64,000 bases of DNA from Somniosus microcephalus. Lineage: Eukaryota. Position numbers and translations under genes: made by a program. Numbering within the stretch: the first letter of the stretch is position 1; the number at the start of each line of letters is the position of its first letter. Positions 50,772 to 63,961 of the stretch are shown here, piece after piece. The notes beneath the pieces were generated by a model that saw nothing but the letters and a program-made list of their open reading frames with translations, ran no database searches and was not told where the DNA came from. The stretch is from the NCBI GenBank assembly GCA_052327205.1, contig CM126212.1:221464001-221528000 (forward strand), read 5' to 3'.

Positions 50772-51729
50772 ATTGTATTTAAGGAATGGCGTCAATGGTG
50801 GACTAATATCTGTCCCATCAGCAACACTCACAAATATAAAGCTGCTAAGCTCCAGAGATCAGGTGTCATTTTGTGCATCCCATAAGTTGCCATTGGATTT
50901 CCACTTAACTTCTTACCGGTATGGTTTGATTTTGGGTTATGGCAGCACCAGAGAGCATAATCGAGAGAGCGGCCCACAACCGTGTCTCCATTTGAGCACA
51001 GCTCTGCTGTTTATTATAGAACTGCCACACTGGGGATTTTTAAAGGGCAGGTGTTGCCATGGTAGCAAAGTCTGCATGACACTTTATGGTGTGTGTAGAG
51101 GAATGACACATTGACTGAGGCGGTGAGTCACGTCACCTGTCACAACTGGTGTGACAAATTTAATATTTTTAACGTTGATTTAATTTTTTTTAAATGACTA
51201 ATATAAATGCCACAAAAAATCCTCTTTAAAAAATTTGACTGCTTCGACGAGCAGCAGAACATTAGGAACAGCAGTCGGCCACTCAGCCCCTCGGGCCTGC
51301 TCGGCCATTCAATTAGGTCATGGCTGATTTTTTTAATTCATTCACGGGATGTGGGCGTCGCCAGCATTTATTGCCCATCCCTAATTGCCCTCGAGAAGAT
51401 GGTGAACCACCTTCTTGAATACAACTGAGTGGCTTGCTAGGCCATCTCACAGGGCAGTTAAGAGGCAACCACACTGCTGTGGGTCTGGAGTCACATATAG
51501 GCCAGACCGGGTAAGGACGGCAGATTTCCTTTCCTAAAGGACATTAGTAAACCAGATGGGTTTTTACAACAATCTGGTCACCATTACTAACTTTTTATTC
51601 CAGATTTATTTAATTGAACTATAAATTCCCTCCCTGCCATGGGATTTGAACTCATGTTTCTTGGATCATTAGTGTAGGCCTATAGAATTACTAATCCAGT
51701 AACATAACCACTATGCTACCGTACCCATA

Positions 51730-52780
51730 ACAGGGAGTAGCTGAGGCAAATAGCATAGATGCATTCAAGGAGAAGCTCGATAAACACATGAGGGTGAAAG
51801 GATTGGAAGGATATGTTGATGGGGTTAGAGGAAGTAGGGTGGGAGGAGGCTCATGTGGACATGTTGGGCCGAATAGCCTGTTTCTGTGCTGTAAATACTT
51901 TGTAATACCTGCCTTTGCTCCATATCCCTTGATACCCTTACCTAACAAGAATCTACCTATCGCAGTCTTCAAAGCTCCAATTGTCCCAGCGTCCACAGCC
52001 TTTTTGGGGGAGAGGGTTCCAAATTTCTTCTAACCATTGTGAAAAAGTGCTTCCTGATTTCACCCCTGAATAGCCTAGCTTTAATTTTAAAATTGGAACC
52101 ATAGAATGAATCATAGAATGGTTACAGCACAGAAGGAGGCCATTCGGCCCATCGAGCCTGTGCCAGCTCTCTGCTAGAGCACTTCAGCTCGTCCCACTCC
52201 CCCCGCCCTTTCCCCGTAGCCCTTCAAATGTTTTTCCTTCAGGTACTTATCCAACTCCCTTTTGAAAGCCACGATTGAGTCTGCCTCCACCGCCCTTTCA
52301 GGCAGAGCATTCCAGATCCTAACCACTCGCTGCGTAAAAAAGTTTTTCCTCACGTCGTCTTTGGTTCTTCTGCCAATCATCTTAAACCTGTGTCCTCTGG
52401 TTCTCGACCCTTTCTGCCAATGGGAACAGTTTCTCTCTATCTACTCTGTCCAGACCCCTCTTGAAATGATGTCCCCTTGTTCTTGATTCTCCCATCAGAG
52501 GAAATAGTTTCTCTGTATCTACCCTAACATTTTTAACACTTAACATTTCCTTTTAACATTTTAAACAGCTCGAGCAGATCACGCCCTAATCGCCTATACT
52601 CAAGGGAATACTACCCACGTTTTTGCAAGCTCTCCTCGTAATTTAACCCTCTAAGTCCCGGTATCATTCTGGTGAATCCGCGCTGCACCCTCTCCACGGC
52701 CAATATATCCTTTCTGGGGTGCGGTGCCCAAAAACGAACACCGTGCTCCAGATGGGGTCTGACCGAGGCTCTGCACAATT
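51730..52780. mobile_element. Cluster of nested CR1 fragments
   Basis: + strand tail 51730-51900; - strand CR1 51905-52780 interrupted by another - strand CR1 tail at 52098-52460. Confidence 0.8.
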
Positions 52781-52911
52781 CTGAAGATTTTTCAGAGTGG
52801 AATGTTCTAGAAAAAACTGAGGGACCAAAAATATGTCCCAGCCTTTTTAAGCGAATGCCATCCTCAAATTCTTGGTTAAAATCTGTTATTAATTCTCATT
52901 ATTTATTTTAG

Positions 52912-53050
52912 TGCCACAGGTCGGGAGGTGTTCGACTGGATCCTAGACCAAGGTTACTATTCTGAACGGGACACCAGCAATGTGATCAGACAAGTGTTGG
53001 AGGCTGTGGCCTATCTGCATTCCCTCAAGATCGTCCACAGAAATCTGAAG
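52912..53050 (+). CDS. CAMKV: CAMKV coding exon, 139 nt (catalytic loop HRN)
   Basis: ttttag acceptor, GTAAC donor. Translates (L)ATGREVFDWILDQGYYSERDTSNVIRQVLEAVAYLHSLKIVHRNLK. Confidence 0.97.
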
Positions 53051-53148
53051 GTAACAGATGTTTAAATTAACTGTTGCCTCACAAAGTTCTTTACAGGATT
53101 GTATTGGAGAAAAATTCAGTTAAATGTGCATCAGCAATGGACCATATG

Positions 53149-54048
53149 TAAGGAGAGTCTCAACATGAGTGCCCCTTTAAGGAGAGTCTCAGCGTGGGTG
53201 CCCCTTTAAGGAGACTCTCAACATGAGTACTCCTTTAAGGAGAGTCTCAACACGAGTGCCCCTTTAAGGAGGGTCTCAACATGGGTGCCCCTTTAAGGAG
53301 ATTCTCAACACGAGTACCCCTTTAAGGAGAGTCTCGACATGAGTGCCCCTTTAAGGAGAGTCTCAGCGTGGGTGCCCTTTTAAGGAGAGTCTCAACACGA
53401 GTACCCCTTTAAGGAGACTCTCAACATGAGTACTTTAAGGAGAGTCTCAACACGAGTGCCCCTTTAAGGAGGGTCTCAACATGGGTGCCCCTTTAAGGAG
53501 ATTCTCAACACGAGTACCCCTTTAAGGAGAGTCTCGACATGAGTACCCCTTTAAGGAGAGTCTCAACACGAGTGCCCCTTTAAGGAGAGTCTCAACATGA
53601 GTACCCCTTTAAGGAGATTCTCAACACGAGTACCCCTTTAAGGAGGGTCTCAACATGAGTGCCCCTTTAAGGAGAGTCTCAACACGAGTGCCCCTTTAAG
53701 GAGGGTCTCAACATGGGTGCCCCTTTAAGGAGATTCTCAACACGAGTACCCCTTTAAGGAGACTCTCAACATGAGTACCCCTTTAAGGAGAGTCTCAACA
53801 CGAGTGCCCCTTTAAGGAGAGTCTCGGCACGAGTACCTCTTTAAGGAGAGTCTCAACATGAGTACCCCTTTAAGGAGAGTCTCGACACGAGTGCCCCTTT
53901 AAGGAGAGTCTCGACACGAGTACCCCTTTAAGGAGAGTCTCGGCACGAGTGCCCCTTTAAGGAGAGTCTCGACACGAGTACCCCTTTAAGGAGAGTCTCG
54001 ACACGAGTACCTCTTTAAGGAGAGCCTCAACACGAGTACCCCTTTAAG
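53149..54048. repeat. 29-bp minisatellite, ~31 units
   Basis: Consensus TAAGGAGAGTCTCAACAYGAGTRCCCCTT; contiguous units with no spacers. Confidence 0.97.
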
Positions 54049-54508
54049 ACGAATGTTAACATCAGCTTTCTATTTTTAGATTTTTCAAATATTTTTATTT
54101 AAACGGTAGGTGTTGATGACGGAATGAGACTGACACAGTTGCCAAACCTGCAGTTACGCGGAGCTTTAATGACATCAGGCAAAGATGTTTAACGAGAAAA
54201 TTTTAGCAAATGTTACTTTCAGCCATTTTTCCATTTTACCTCAGACCAGCAGCTCCCACTGCTGCTTATAGCTCTTCCAAACCAATCTGCCAGTCACGTC
54301 ATCGGCACTCATGATTTAAACAAAAGCATTCAAAATATACCCTCCTCAACAAGCAGGAGCTCCATATGGCTGCACAACAAGTGCTATGACTCGCTCTTTA
54401 ATCCTCACTCTGCTGCATAAACAGGAGCTCCATATGTTTCGCACAGTGGCAGTGACTAGTGCCTTAACCCTTACCTTGCTGAATGAGCAGTTGCACAACA
54501 AACACCGT

Positions 54509-55254
54509 GGCGCGGAATTTGCTGGCGCGGGGCATCGCGCGGCATGTCCACATTTGTTAGATTTTTTTTACCTCTCCCTTCAGCTCGCAAAACGTTAGCG
54601 CCGCAAATTGCCGGAAGTGCGAGCTGATAATGGCGTGGGTAAAGGGGCATCTGGGCCCCGAGTGAACAACGGGGGCAGCAGTCTATCTCCTTAATCAATG
54701 AGATTTAAGGACAGAGGAAGAAACAGAAGAACAACGGAAAAGGAAATAGGGTGAATTAGAGTCAAATTAGATACAGAAAGAGAGGGACAGAAAGATTGGA
54801 TTAAGAGAGAGAGAACAAAGAGACAGAAAGGAACAGTAATGATTTTTAAAAAATTTACATTTCAAAAATCCCTAGGAACAATTTACTACCTGCAGGAGTG
54901 AGAATCCACGGTTTTAATTGCTCCCTTTCTGGGCCGGAGAGGTTGAGTGGCATTGCAGGAACATAAATCTCATCCTTAAAAGGGTTCTTACATCGTTAAG
55001 TACCAGCCCTAACTCTCTGCAGCGAGTTTAGTTTGTTTTAACAGCGCAGATGCAACAATTTCTTGACCCGACTCGCGGGGCGGTTGACGGTGAGCTGCCG
55101 TTTTCACGAGGCCAGCGGCACAAATCGTCCAGCAGTTTGTGGCAACTCGCAACTCGCGCCGAATCCCTTCCTCGCCACAAATTGCCGGGTTGTTTACACA
55201 ATAATAACGGCGGGCGCCTTTAACGCGCCAGTTTTTCCCAGCAAATTCTGGGTC
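54509..55254. mobile_element. Harbinger-like MITE
   Basis: TIR ggcgcggaatttgctgg / ccagcaaattctgggtc. Confidence 0.65.
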
Positions 55255-55480
55255 GCTGCGATCGGCGCCTCCAGGGCTTTCATTCAACTAGATATCCATT
55301 TCTTTTATTTCTGTGTTTTTTTTTTAATTGGCAATGCGGCATTATGCCATGGCTGTCAGCTCTTGCTGAAGGGAAACTGCTGACGTGCATGACAATTTGC
55401 GAATGCTAATAATAATTGTGTTCTTTCTCTCTGTCATTTCTTAATCTGTGTTTTTTTTTCCTTTTCCCTGCTTCTGTCAG

Positions 55481-55601
55481 CTGGAAAACTTAGTTTACTT
55501 CAATCGTCTAAAAAACTCCAAGATTGTCATAAGCGATTTTCACCTGGCTAAGTTGGAGAATGGGCTGATCAAGGAGCCTTGTGGAACGCCAGAGTATCTA
55601 G
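55481..55601 (+). CDS. CAMKV: CAMKV coding exon, 121 nt (DFH motif, activation segment)
   Basis: Long pyrimidine tract and CAG, GTAAG donor. Translates LENLVYFNRLKNSKIVISDFHLAKLENGLIKEPCGTPEYL. Confidence 0.97.
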
Positions 55602-55846
55602 GTAAGGTCCCATGGATGCGGGTGTGAATGATCTCCAGTGGCATATTCCAGCAACCGCCCGATTAACATTCTTATCCCGCTTCCTATAAGGGATCTCTAA
55701 CTCCATGAGCGTAACTTCAGTTTCAAGGGCATTCTCTACCACCCCTCCCTTCCCCCCCCCCCCCCCCCCCATTAGCCTACCTTTATTTACAAGGGCTGTT
55801 GTTAGTTCGGCCTTGTATCTACAAATGATCTCGTGGGGCGGGGGGC

Positions 55847-56584
55847 GGGTAAATTTGACTTCAACGATAGCGCAAAACAGGCAACAACCAATCGTTTTAC
55901 ACCCCGTCCGATTGACTTCAATGGAAAAAGTTAGAAACATAGAAGATAGGAGCAGGAGTAGGCCATTCGGCCCCTCGAGCCTGCTCCGCCATTTAATGAG
56001 ATCATGGCTGATCATCCAAACTCAGTACCCTGTCCCTGCTTTCTCCCCATATCCCTTGATCCCTTTAGCCTTAAGAAATATATCCAACTCCTTCTTGAAT
56101 ATATTTAATGAATTGGCCTCAACGGCCCTGTGTGGTAGAGAATTCCACAGGTTCACCACTCTCTGGGTGAAGAAATTCCTCCTCATCTCAGTCCTAAATG
56201 GCTTACCCCTTATCCTTAGACCGTGAACCCTGGTTCTGGACTCCCCGACCATCAGGAACATCCTTCCTGCATCTAGTCTGTCTAGTCCTGTTAGAATTTT
56301 ATAAGTTTCAATGAGATCCCCTCTCATTCTTCTAAACTCCAGCGAGTACAAGCCCAATCGAGCCAACCTCTCCTCATACGTCATTCCTGCCATCCCAGGT
56401 ATCAGTCTGGTGAATCTTCGCTGCACTCCCTCCATGGCAAGAACATCCTTCCTCAGATAAGGCGACCAAAACTGCACACAATACTCAAGGTGTGGTCTCA
56501 CCAAGGCCCTGTAAAACTGCAGCAAGACATCCAAATGAGGTTATCACTTGTTTTGTGCGACCGATGAAGTCGAATTTCACCCCC
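55847..56584. mobile_element. Short palindromic MITE split by a young CR1
   Basis: Arms gggtaaatttgacttcaacgatagcgcaaaacaggcaacaacc (55847-55890) and ggttatcacttgttttgtgcgaccgatgaagtcgaatttcacccc (56539-56584) are inverted matches. Confidence 0.7.
55932..56532 (-). mobile_element. CR1 LINE 3' end, young subfamily
   Basis: ORF 56022-56534 open throughout. Confidence 0.94.
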
Positions 56585-57451
56585 TTCTCTTGTCTCCAGG
56601 AGGACTCTTTGTGACTCTGTGGGCTAGGTGTATTTTATAAGGAATCTCCTTTATATTGGGTCTTTACTTCTCCGGGATACACGAAAATTATTCCGGATGT
56701 TTAAATTCATTACCTCGAAATCTTCTTTTCCTTTATGACTTTTCACTGTATGACCTTGGATTGAAACCTTGTACAAATTCACACTCCCAGCGCAGAGCTC
56801 CGCGCACTGGGAGTTCATATCAGGAATTCAGGTGTGGCGGTCAACAGGCCCCACAGGATTTTCCATCCGTTTAAGTTACTCCCGTGGGGCCGCTGATCCT
56901 GAGTTTCGGATGCGCGCTCCCAGTATGTCAAGCTCTAAAATTGACCTCATGACCAGCCATTTTCAGACGATGACAGAAAGCATTATTCACTCCTTCCCAA
57001 TATGAAACTACAGTCTAAGCAAAACTGCCAACCAGGATCTTAATCCGCTTCAAACGGGTCCAGTACCACCCATTAAGCATCGGTGGATGCTGTTAAAAAT
57101 GGGTACCTCTTGGATTCCAAGATCCTAGTGGCTGCCGCTCAGAAGCTGGGATGTGCAGAATCTTCCTTCTTTTCCATCTCTGTCCTTGTCTCTCCCTCAC
57201 TTTTGAAGTAATTGTCAGTGCAAGAAGGATCCAGACAGAAGGCTTCGAAGAGAGACAAGAATGTTATCCAATGGGTGCTGGTCTAGCAAATCTCACCTTG
57301 GAAACTGAGAGTCTAGTAATTGGTGGGTTGGCACCATTTAAGCTACTGAATTGATTTTAAAAACCCTTATTGTTCACTGATGTCTTTCAGGAAAGGGAAG
57401 CTGCCACACCTACCTGGTCTGACCTACATGTGATGCCACAATAGGTGTTGG

Positions 57452-58052
57452 GGTTTAGATAGAGTAAATAAAGGGAAACTGTTTCCGATGGCTGAAGGGT
57501 CGATAACCAGAGGTCACAGATTTAAGGTGATTGGCAACAGAACCAGAGGCGACATGAGGAAAAACTTTTTTACGCGACGGGTGGTTAGGATTTGGAATGC
57601 GCTGCCTGATAGGGTGGCGGATACAGATTCAATAGTACCAGAGAGTGGTGAGGATGTTACCCAGAGAGTGGTGAGAATGTGGAACTCGCTACCACAGGGA
57701 GTGGTTGAAGCAGACAGTATAGATGCATTTAAAGGGAGGCTAGACCAGCATATGAGGGAGAAGGGAATAGAGGGTTATGCTGATGGAGTTAGATGAGGAA
57801 AGACGGGAGGAGGCTCGAGTGAAGCGTAAACGCCGGCATGGACTGGTTGGCCCGAATGGTCTGTTTCTGTGCCGTATATCCTATGTAAGTAGCCTTCAGC
57901 AGGTAATTGGATAAATACTTGAAGGAGAAAAAAATTGGAGGGATATGGAGAAAGAGCGAGGGAGTGGGACTAACTGGATTGCTCTTCGAAAGAGCCGGCG
58001 CAGACTCGATGGGCCGAATGGCCCCCTTCTGTGCTGTACTGTTCTATGATTC
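57452..58052 (+). mobile_element. CR1 3' end with a second CR1 tail nested at 57638-57887
   Basis: Outer sequence resumes after the insert; AGTA on both sides. Confidence 0.82.
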
Positions 58053-58784
58053 CTAATGTCCTCAGGGCAACTGAGGATGGGAAATAAAAGCCAGCATCGC
58101 CCGCATCCTCAGAACAAACGATCGAAATGATAGAGATTGCAGTAAATGGGAGAATCTCAACAGTTACGACTCAAATTCTTATCGCGCTACCCATTATATC
58201 AATGAGAGGCATCCAAGTGCTGGAATTCAGAGAGCAGCGTAAATATAAACAATCACCATCCGAAGCATTGGAATTGGATTGTTACACCCACAGTTTAATT
58301 TATGAAGTAGCAGATGGCGACTTGCATTGAAAACACATGTTTTCAACATCGCCGCTGTCTGCCTGCTGTGAGGTTTCTATTAATTGATTTTTTTTTTTAA
58401 ACAGGATCGTATGACATAGGACAAAGGACATATTAAAGCATGTTGCACAAGCGAATTTTTTTTTCCAGAGAAGATTACAGAGAAATTCACAATCTGCTGC
58501 ATTGACTGAGGTATCTGGGCCCGGCTTACATACCCGACAGTGAGAGTTTAACCGCCACCTACAGCACTCAGTAATGATGACATGCAGAGATAGAAAATGA
58601 GGATTAAAAAGCGTATTAACTTTGCAAAATGAATTACAATTATTTGCTCTTAAGATACAGTGCCGGCTCAGAGTCCAGTCAGTGCATTCGACCGTGACCC
58701 ACAGGAATCTTGGTTTCTCTTCCCTCTTCTGCCTTCATTCAAACATATAATATGTTTGTTTATCCGCACAGCCTGCATACTATA

Positions 58785-59640
58785 AGGGGAATTTTAACCC
58801 CGCGCCCCTCCCCAATTACAGGCAAGAGATGGGTGGGGAAAGGGTTAAATTCTTAAACAGCTGAAAACCGACCCCAACCCGCCATGAATGCACCTATTTC
58901 TGGTTTAACCAGGGCTGGTTTATGGGAGAGGGGTGAGTAACCTGCTCTTGAGAGGTGGGTCAGTCATTTAAATATGTTAATGAGGCTACGTGCCGGGTTT
59001 CCCAGAGCTCGGGATATCCGACAGCTAATGGGAGGTGAGAACTGCCGGATTCAGCAGGTAAGTGTTTTTCCAGCACTGCTTGTGGGCTAGGAGGAGCAGG
59101 TATGCTCCCCCCGCCTCCCCCCCACCCCTGGCCCACCGAGATAACCTGCCAAAATCAGCCTCACTCTGCCAACCCCCCCCCCCCGCGCGATCTCCAGGCC
59201 AACCCCCAATCTCCACCCCCCGTGATCTCCCCACCCCCACCCGCGATCTCCACCCCCCCGTGCTCTTCCCACTGCCCCCCCCGCAATCTCCAGGCAACCC
59301 CCGATCTCCACCCCCCCCCCCCGTGATCTTCCCACCCCGCGATCGACCCCCCCTGCAATCTCTCCCTCTCTCCTCCCCGGTCCTTGACTGCTCCCTTCGA
59401 CCGCAGGCCTTCCCGCCCAACAGACAGCCAGCCTCTCAATCTGGCCGGCTGCCGGGCGGGAAACGGAGAAAAAAATTCAAATGAGGTCCTTCCGTCAAAC
59501 TCGGCTGGACCTCCACGTTCCCCGTGTTCCCGGGTTTCCTGGCCGCTTAAAGTCGCCTCCGCTGCCTCTCTGTAAATATCGGGGCCTTTGTGTTGCATGA
59601 ATGACCTTCTGTATACGCCAGATTTCCAATTCTTCCCCAT
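58785..59640. mobile_element. Harbinger-like MITE with C-rich internal repeats
   Basis: Ends ggggaattttaa / ccaattcttcccc; internal (gatctcc-Cn) repeats; subterminal similarity to 975-1165. Confidence 0.55.
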
Positions 59641-59732
59641 TCAACAGGAATCTGACACATGAGATCGGTAACTCACACTCTCCTGTCTGCCGATCATAAT
59701 CTCTTAATCGACCTTCAGTAAAATGGATTGAG

Positions 59733-60098
59733 ATAGAATCATAGAATGATACAGCACAGAAGGAGGTCATTCAGCCCATCGTGCCCATGCCAGCTCTTTG
59801 GTAGAGCTGTCCAATTAGTCCTGCTCCCCTCTGCTCTTTCCCCATAGCCCTGTACATTTTTTCCCTTCAAGTATTTATCCAATTCCCTTTTGAAAATTAC
59901 TATTGAATCTGCTTCCACCGCCCTTTCAGGCAATGCATTCCAGATCACAACTCGCTATATGTAAAACAATGTGTCCTCATGTCGCCTCTGGTTCATTTGC
60001 CAATCACCTCCAATCTGTTTCCTCTGATTTCCCACCCTTCTGCCAGTGGAAACAGTTTCTCCTTATTTACCCTTTCGAAACCATTCATGATTTTGATG
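59733..60098 (-). mobile_element. CR1 LINE 3' end
   Basis: ORF 59739-59948. Confidence 0.85.
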
Positions 60099-60267
60099 TG
60101 TAAATTGTTTTAACAATTTCCTGCGTTAAAGGTTGCATTACCTTAGGAACGCAGTAAAGTCACTGTTAAGTGAAGGACCCTGGATCCTTAGGCACGATCA
60201 GAGAGAGTGGAGACTTTCCCCAAATTGCTCTGTGTTTTATGATTGTCTGTTTCATGTCTATTTCCAG

Positions 60268-60343
60268 CTCCAGAGGTTGTCGGACGACAGAAATATGGGC
60301 GACCAGTTGACTGCTGGGCCATCGGAGTGATCATGTACATACT
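60268..60343 (+). CDS. CAMKV: CAMKV coding exon, 76 nt (APE motif)
   Basis: tttccag acceptor, GTATGT donor. Translates (A)[24 protein letters not shown](L). Confidence 0.96.
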
Positions 60344-60736
60344 GTATGTACTGCTTCATTTGGGCTCGGGATTACTGGAGGGATTGGGGAGCCTTTTTTA
60401 ATATTATGCTTGTTTTTAGATCATTCAGATATATAAAAACTGCCAGTAAATCATTATACCTCACAAATTAACTTTTAAAATGCCATTATCACCAATTTAA
60501 TTTTGTCCCCTGCTCATCATCACCTTAATAGATCCATCGTAGTTTGAATGTTTAATGGATCAAAACAATTTCATTAAGAAAACTTTCAAAATACTAATCC
60601 AGAAAAGGTAAATTGAGGGTACTGCGGATGGAATGGTGGTACAGAACAAGGGGGTTGTTAGGCTGTACCTGTGAGAAAACACACAGCAACACATCGATTC
60701 ATAGAAAGTCAGCAGACATATGCTTTGGCTATATTT

Positions 60737-61149
60737 TAGAAAGAAAGACTTGCATTTATATAGCGCCTTTCATGACCTCAGGACGTTCCAAAGCACTTTA
60801 CAGCCAATTAAGTACTTTTGGAGTGTATTCACTGTTGTAATGTAGGGAACGTGGCAGCCAATTTGCGCACAGCAAGCTCCCACAAACAGCAATGTGTTAA
60901 TAACCAGATAATCTTTTTTAGTGATATTGATTGAGGGATAAATATTGGCCCAGGACACCGGGGATAACTCCCCTGCTCTTCTTCAAAATAGTGCCGTGGG
61001 ATCTTTTACGTTCACTCGAGAGAGAGCAGACGGGATTAATGTCTCATTGAAAGATGGCACCTCCGACAGTGCAGCACTCCCTCAGCACTGCACTAGAGTG
61101 TCAGCCTAGATTTTTGTGCTCAAGTCTCTGAAGTGGGATTTGAACCCAC

Positions 61150-61191
<42 letters not shown>

Positions 61192-61195
61192 TGGC
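60737..61195 (-). mobile_element. Full-length tRNA/Deu-domain SINE
   Basis: Same family as 46135-46610. Confidence 0.8.
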
Positions 61196-62427
61196 TGGCA
61201 CACAGGAAAGGTAGAGAGAGGTCACATGCAGGAAAAAACAGACCCCATGACAAATGGCTCTCACATTTCCTATCATAGCTCAGAGGCCGCAGAACACAAA
61301 ATGTGGTACTATGATAAATTGTGATGAGGATTGTGAAAGACTGCAGGAGGACCTACCTAGGTTAGCAGGATGGGCAGATAGGTGGCAAATACAGTCCCAA
61401 TGCAGAAAAATATGAAGGAATACATTTTGGAAATGTGATGCCCTTGGTTGTTCACAGATATTGTGCAGGCACACACAAGAATAGCCGCCTACATAAGATG
61501 TCAGCGTCCATGGAATCATAGCCTAGTAAGGAGTAAACTCCTTCACAAGAGGAGCGGAGAAAATTGGAGACAAGCAAACGGAAGTTTTCAAACAGGAAAG
61601 AAAAATGGCATCTATTAATAAAGGGCTTTCCGTTATTGCAATTAACAAAACAGCTTGTTTAGAAAATTCAAATCAGACAATCTCTTAGGAACAGATCAGC
61701 CACACTTTTTTGTCAATTCCTTTCTGCATGCTTCAACCAAGCACTAGGTGACAGTTTATTCCAAAGATGGCATTAACTGCGTTAGGCGGCAGTCTGTTCC
61801 AAGTGAGTTTGCAATCCGTGTGCTAGCTTGAGATGGCAGCCTATTCCAACCAGTTCAATGTTTACTGCCCCAGGTGGCAGTTAACAGCTCTAAGTGTGAA
61901 GAACTTAGTCTTCGAATATGCTTATTTCCCACTCAGCCATTGAAAGCTGAGCTGCTGTTCCTGCAGCATTTCTTCAACACGGTACTTTTCTGATCTTTCA
62001 TGAGTGCCACGGGGTCTTTTACGCCCACCTCCAGGTAATGCTGGGAGGGACTGTAAGGTTTGCAGCAGACCTGATAGTTCGAACCTGTCCTGCAGCTCGC
62101 AGGTAGTGCAGTAGTGTCAAGTAACCAGGTCACCTGGGAAAATGGTGCTGAAGCTGTAAGGGTATAAGATTTGCAACAGGGGTAGAATGGACAGTGCGGG
62201 CAGATTAGAACATAGACCATTCAGTTTGACATCTAGATTGAATGCAACATAGACTAAAGAGGTGAAGGTCCTCCTCTCTCTTTTTCTGTCAATTGAGGGG
62301 GTCGGAAGTGAAATAAAGTCTGTGCATTCGCCACCCAGCTTCCTAGTGGGGAAGAAGACTCCACATGACAACCAGTACTAAATTGAGCATCTCACTCAGG
62401 CAGGTAATTAAGGGATAGCTCATGTAA

Positions 62428-62991
62428 CATAGAAACATAGAAGATAGGAGCAGGAGTAGGCCATTCAGCCCCTCGAGCCTGCTCCGCCATTCAATGCGAT
62501 CATGGCTGATCATCCAAATTCAGTACCCTGTCCCTGCTTTCTCCCCATATCCCTTGATCCCTTTAGCCTTAAGAAATATATCCAACTCCTTCTTGAATAT
62601 ATTTAATGAATTGGCCTCCACTGCCTTCTGTGGTAGAGAATTCCACAGGTTCACCACTCTCTGGGTGAAGAAATTCCTCCTCATCTCTGTCCTAAATGGC
62701 TTACCCCTTATCCTTAGACTGTGACCCCTGGTTCTGGACTCCCCGACCATCGGGAACATCCTTCCTGCATCTAGTCTGTCTAGTCCTGTTAAAAAAATTT
62801 AAGTTTCAATGAGATCCCCTCTCATTCTTCTAAACTCCAGCGAGTACAAGCCCAATCGACCCAATCTCTCCTCATACGTCATTCCTACCATCCCAGGTAT
62901 CAGCCTGGTGAATCTTTGCTGCACTCCTTTCATGGCAAGAACATCCTTCCTCAGATAAGGCGACCAAAACTGCACACAATACTCAAGATGT
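62428..62991 (-). mobile_element. CR1 LINE 3' end, young subfamily
   Basis: ORF 62520-62759; near-identical to 41033-41576. Confidence 0.93.
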
Positions 62992-63447
62992 AGGGAACAA
63001 AAGTATCACAGTAAGGAAGTTCTTCCAAGTGTGATGTTGGAGTTAAGATTCATTGTTCATTGTAGTGTAGTGGAAACATTCTCTGCTTCCAGGTATCGGC
63101 TACCTGAACCAAGACTGCTGACAAAGTGGTCAAATTAACCATTTTCTGACGTGAACATTAGCCCCTTCCCCCCCACCACCACCCCATGAGCGCAAAAGAA
63201 AATTGTAAGGAATCTCAAACCTGTGGCCGGAGAGGTGGGTTTCTGTGTCGATGTGAGGGAAGCTCTTTGCTTTAATCTTCACTCCTGAGTTTCAGCCGCA
63301 ATGCAATAAATGCACAAGTGGATTAAGCAAATCGGATCCAGTTACACTGCCGGATCTCGATAGAGCTGGTCCCAGGTGCTATTCCGCGCACGTCAGAGTT
63401 TTTCTGATCATCCAATTCCAGCTGCGTAACGACGTTCTGTCAAAGAG

Positions 63448-63855
63448 ACAAAGAACTTGCATTTATATAGCGCCCTTCACATCCTCAGGACGCCCCAAAG
63501 GGCTTCACAGCCAATGAATCACTTTGTTGAAGTGCAGTCACTGTTGTGATGTAGGAAACACAGCAGCCAATGTATTCACAGCAAGCTCCCACAAACAGCA
63601 ATGGGGTAAGTGACCAGTTAATCCGTTTTTTTAGGTGTTGGCTGGGGGATAAATGTCGGTCAGGACACTGGGAGAACTTCCCTGCTCTTCTTTGAAGAGT
63701 GCCATGGGATCTTTTACATCCACCTGAACAAGCAGACGGGGCCTCGGTTTGATGTCACGTCTGTAAGCTGGCAGCTCCGACAGCGCAGCACTCCCTCACT
63801 ACTGCACTGAAGTGTCAGCCTAGATCATGTGCTCAAGTCCTGGAGTGGGACTTGA
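63448..63855 (-). mobile_element. Deu-domain SINE
   Basis: Same family as 60737-61195. Confidence 0.75.
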
Positions 63856-63961
63856 CTTGTGTTACTTATTTCTGTTTGAATCTAGCTGGTGAATACTGCC
63901 ATCTGACAGAATAAAGGCTGCTCTTGTAATCTTTGATTTTTGCCTCTCCGTTTTTTCCCAG

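Noticed and set aside
53149-54048. CRISPR array (29-bp palindromic repeats)
   Set aside because: Units are contiguous with no unique spacers, there are no cas genes, and the context is a vertebrate intron.
55387-55392. RBFOX TGCATG site upstream of an exon
   Set aside because: A single hexamer expected by chance; no conservation data available.
59025-59640. Pro-rich and Gly-rich ORFs
   Set aside because: Artefacts of C-rich repeats inside a MITE.
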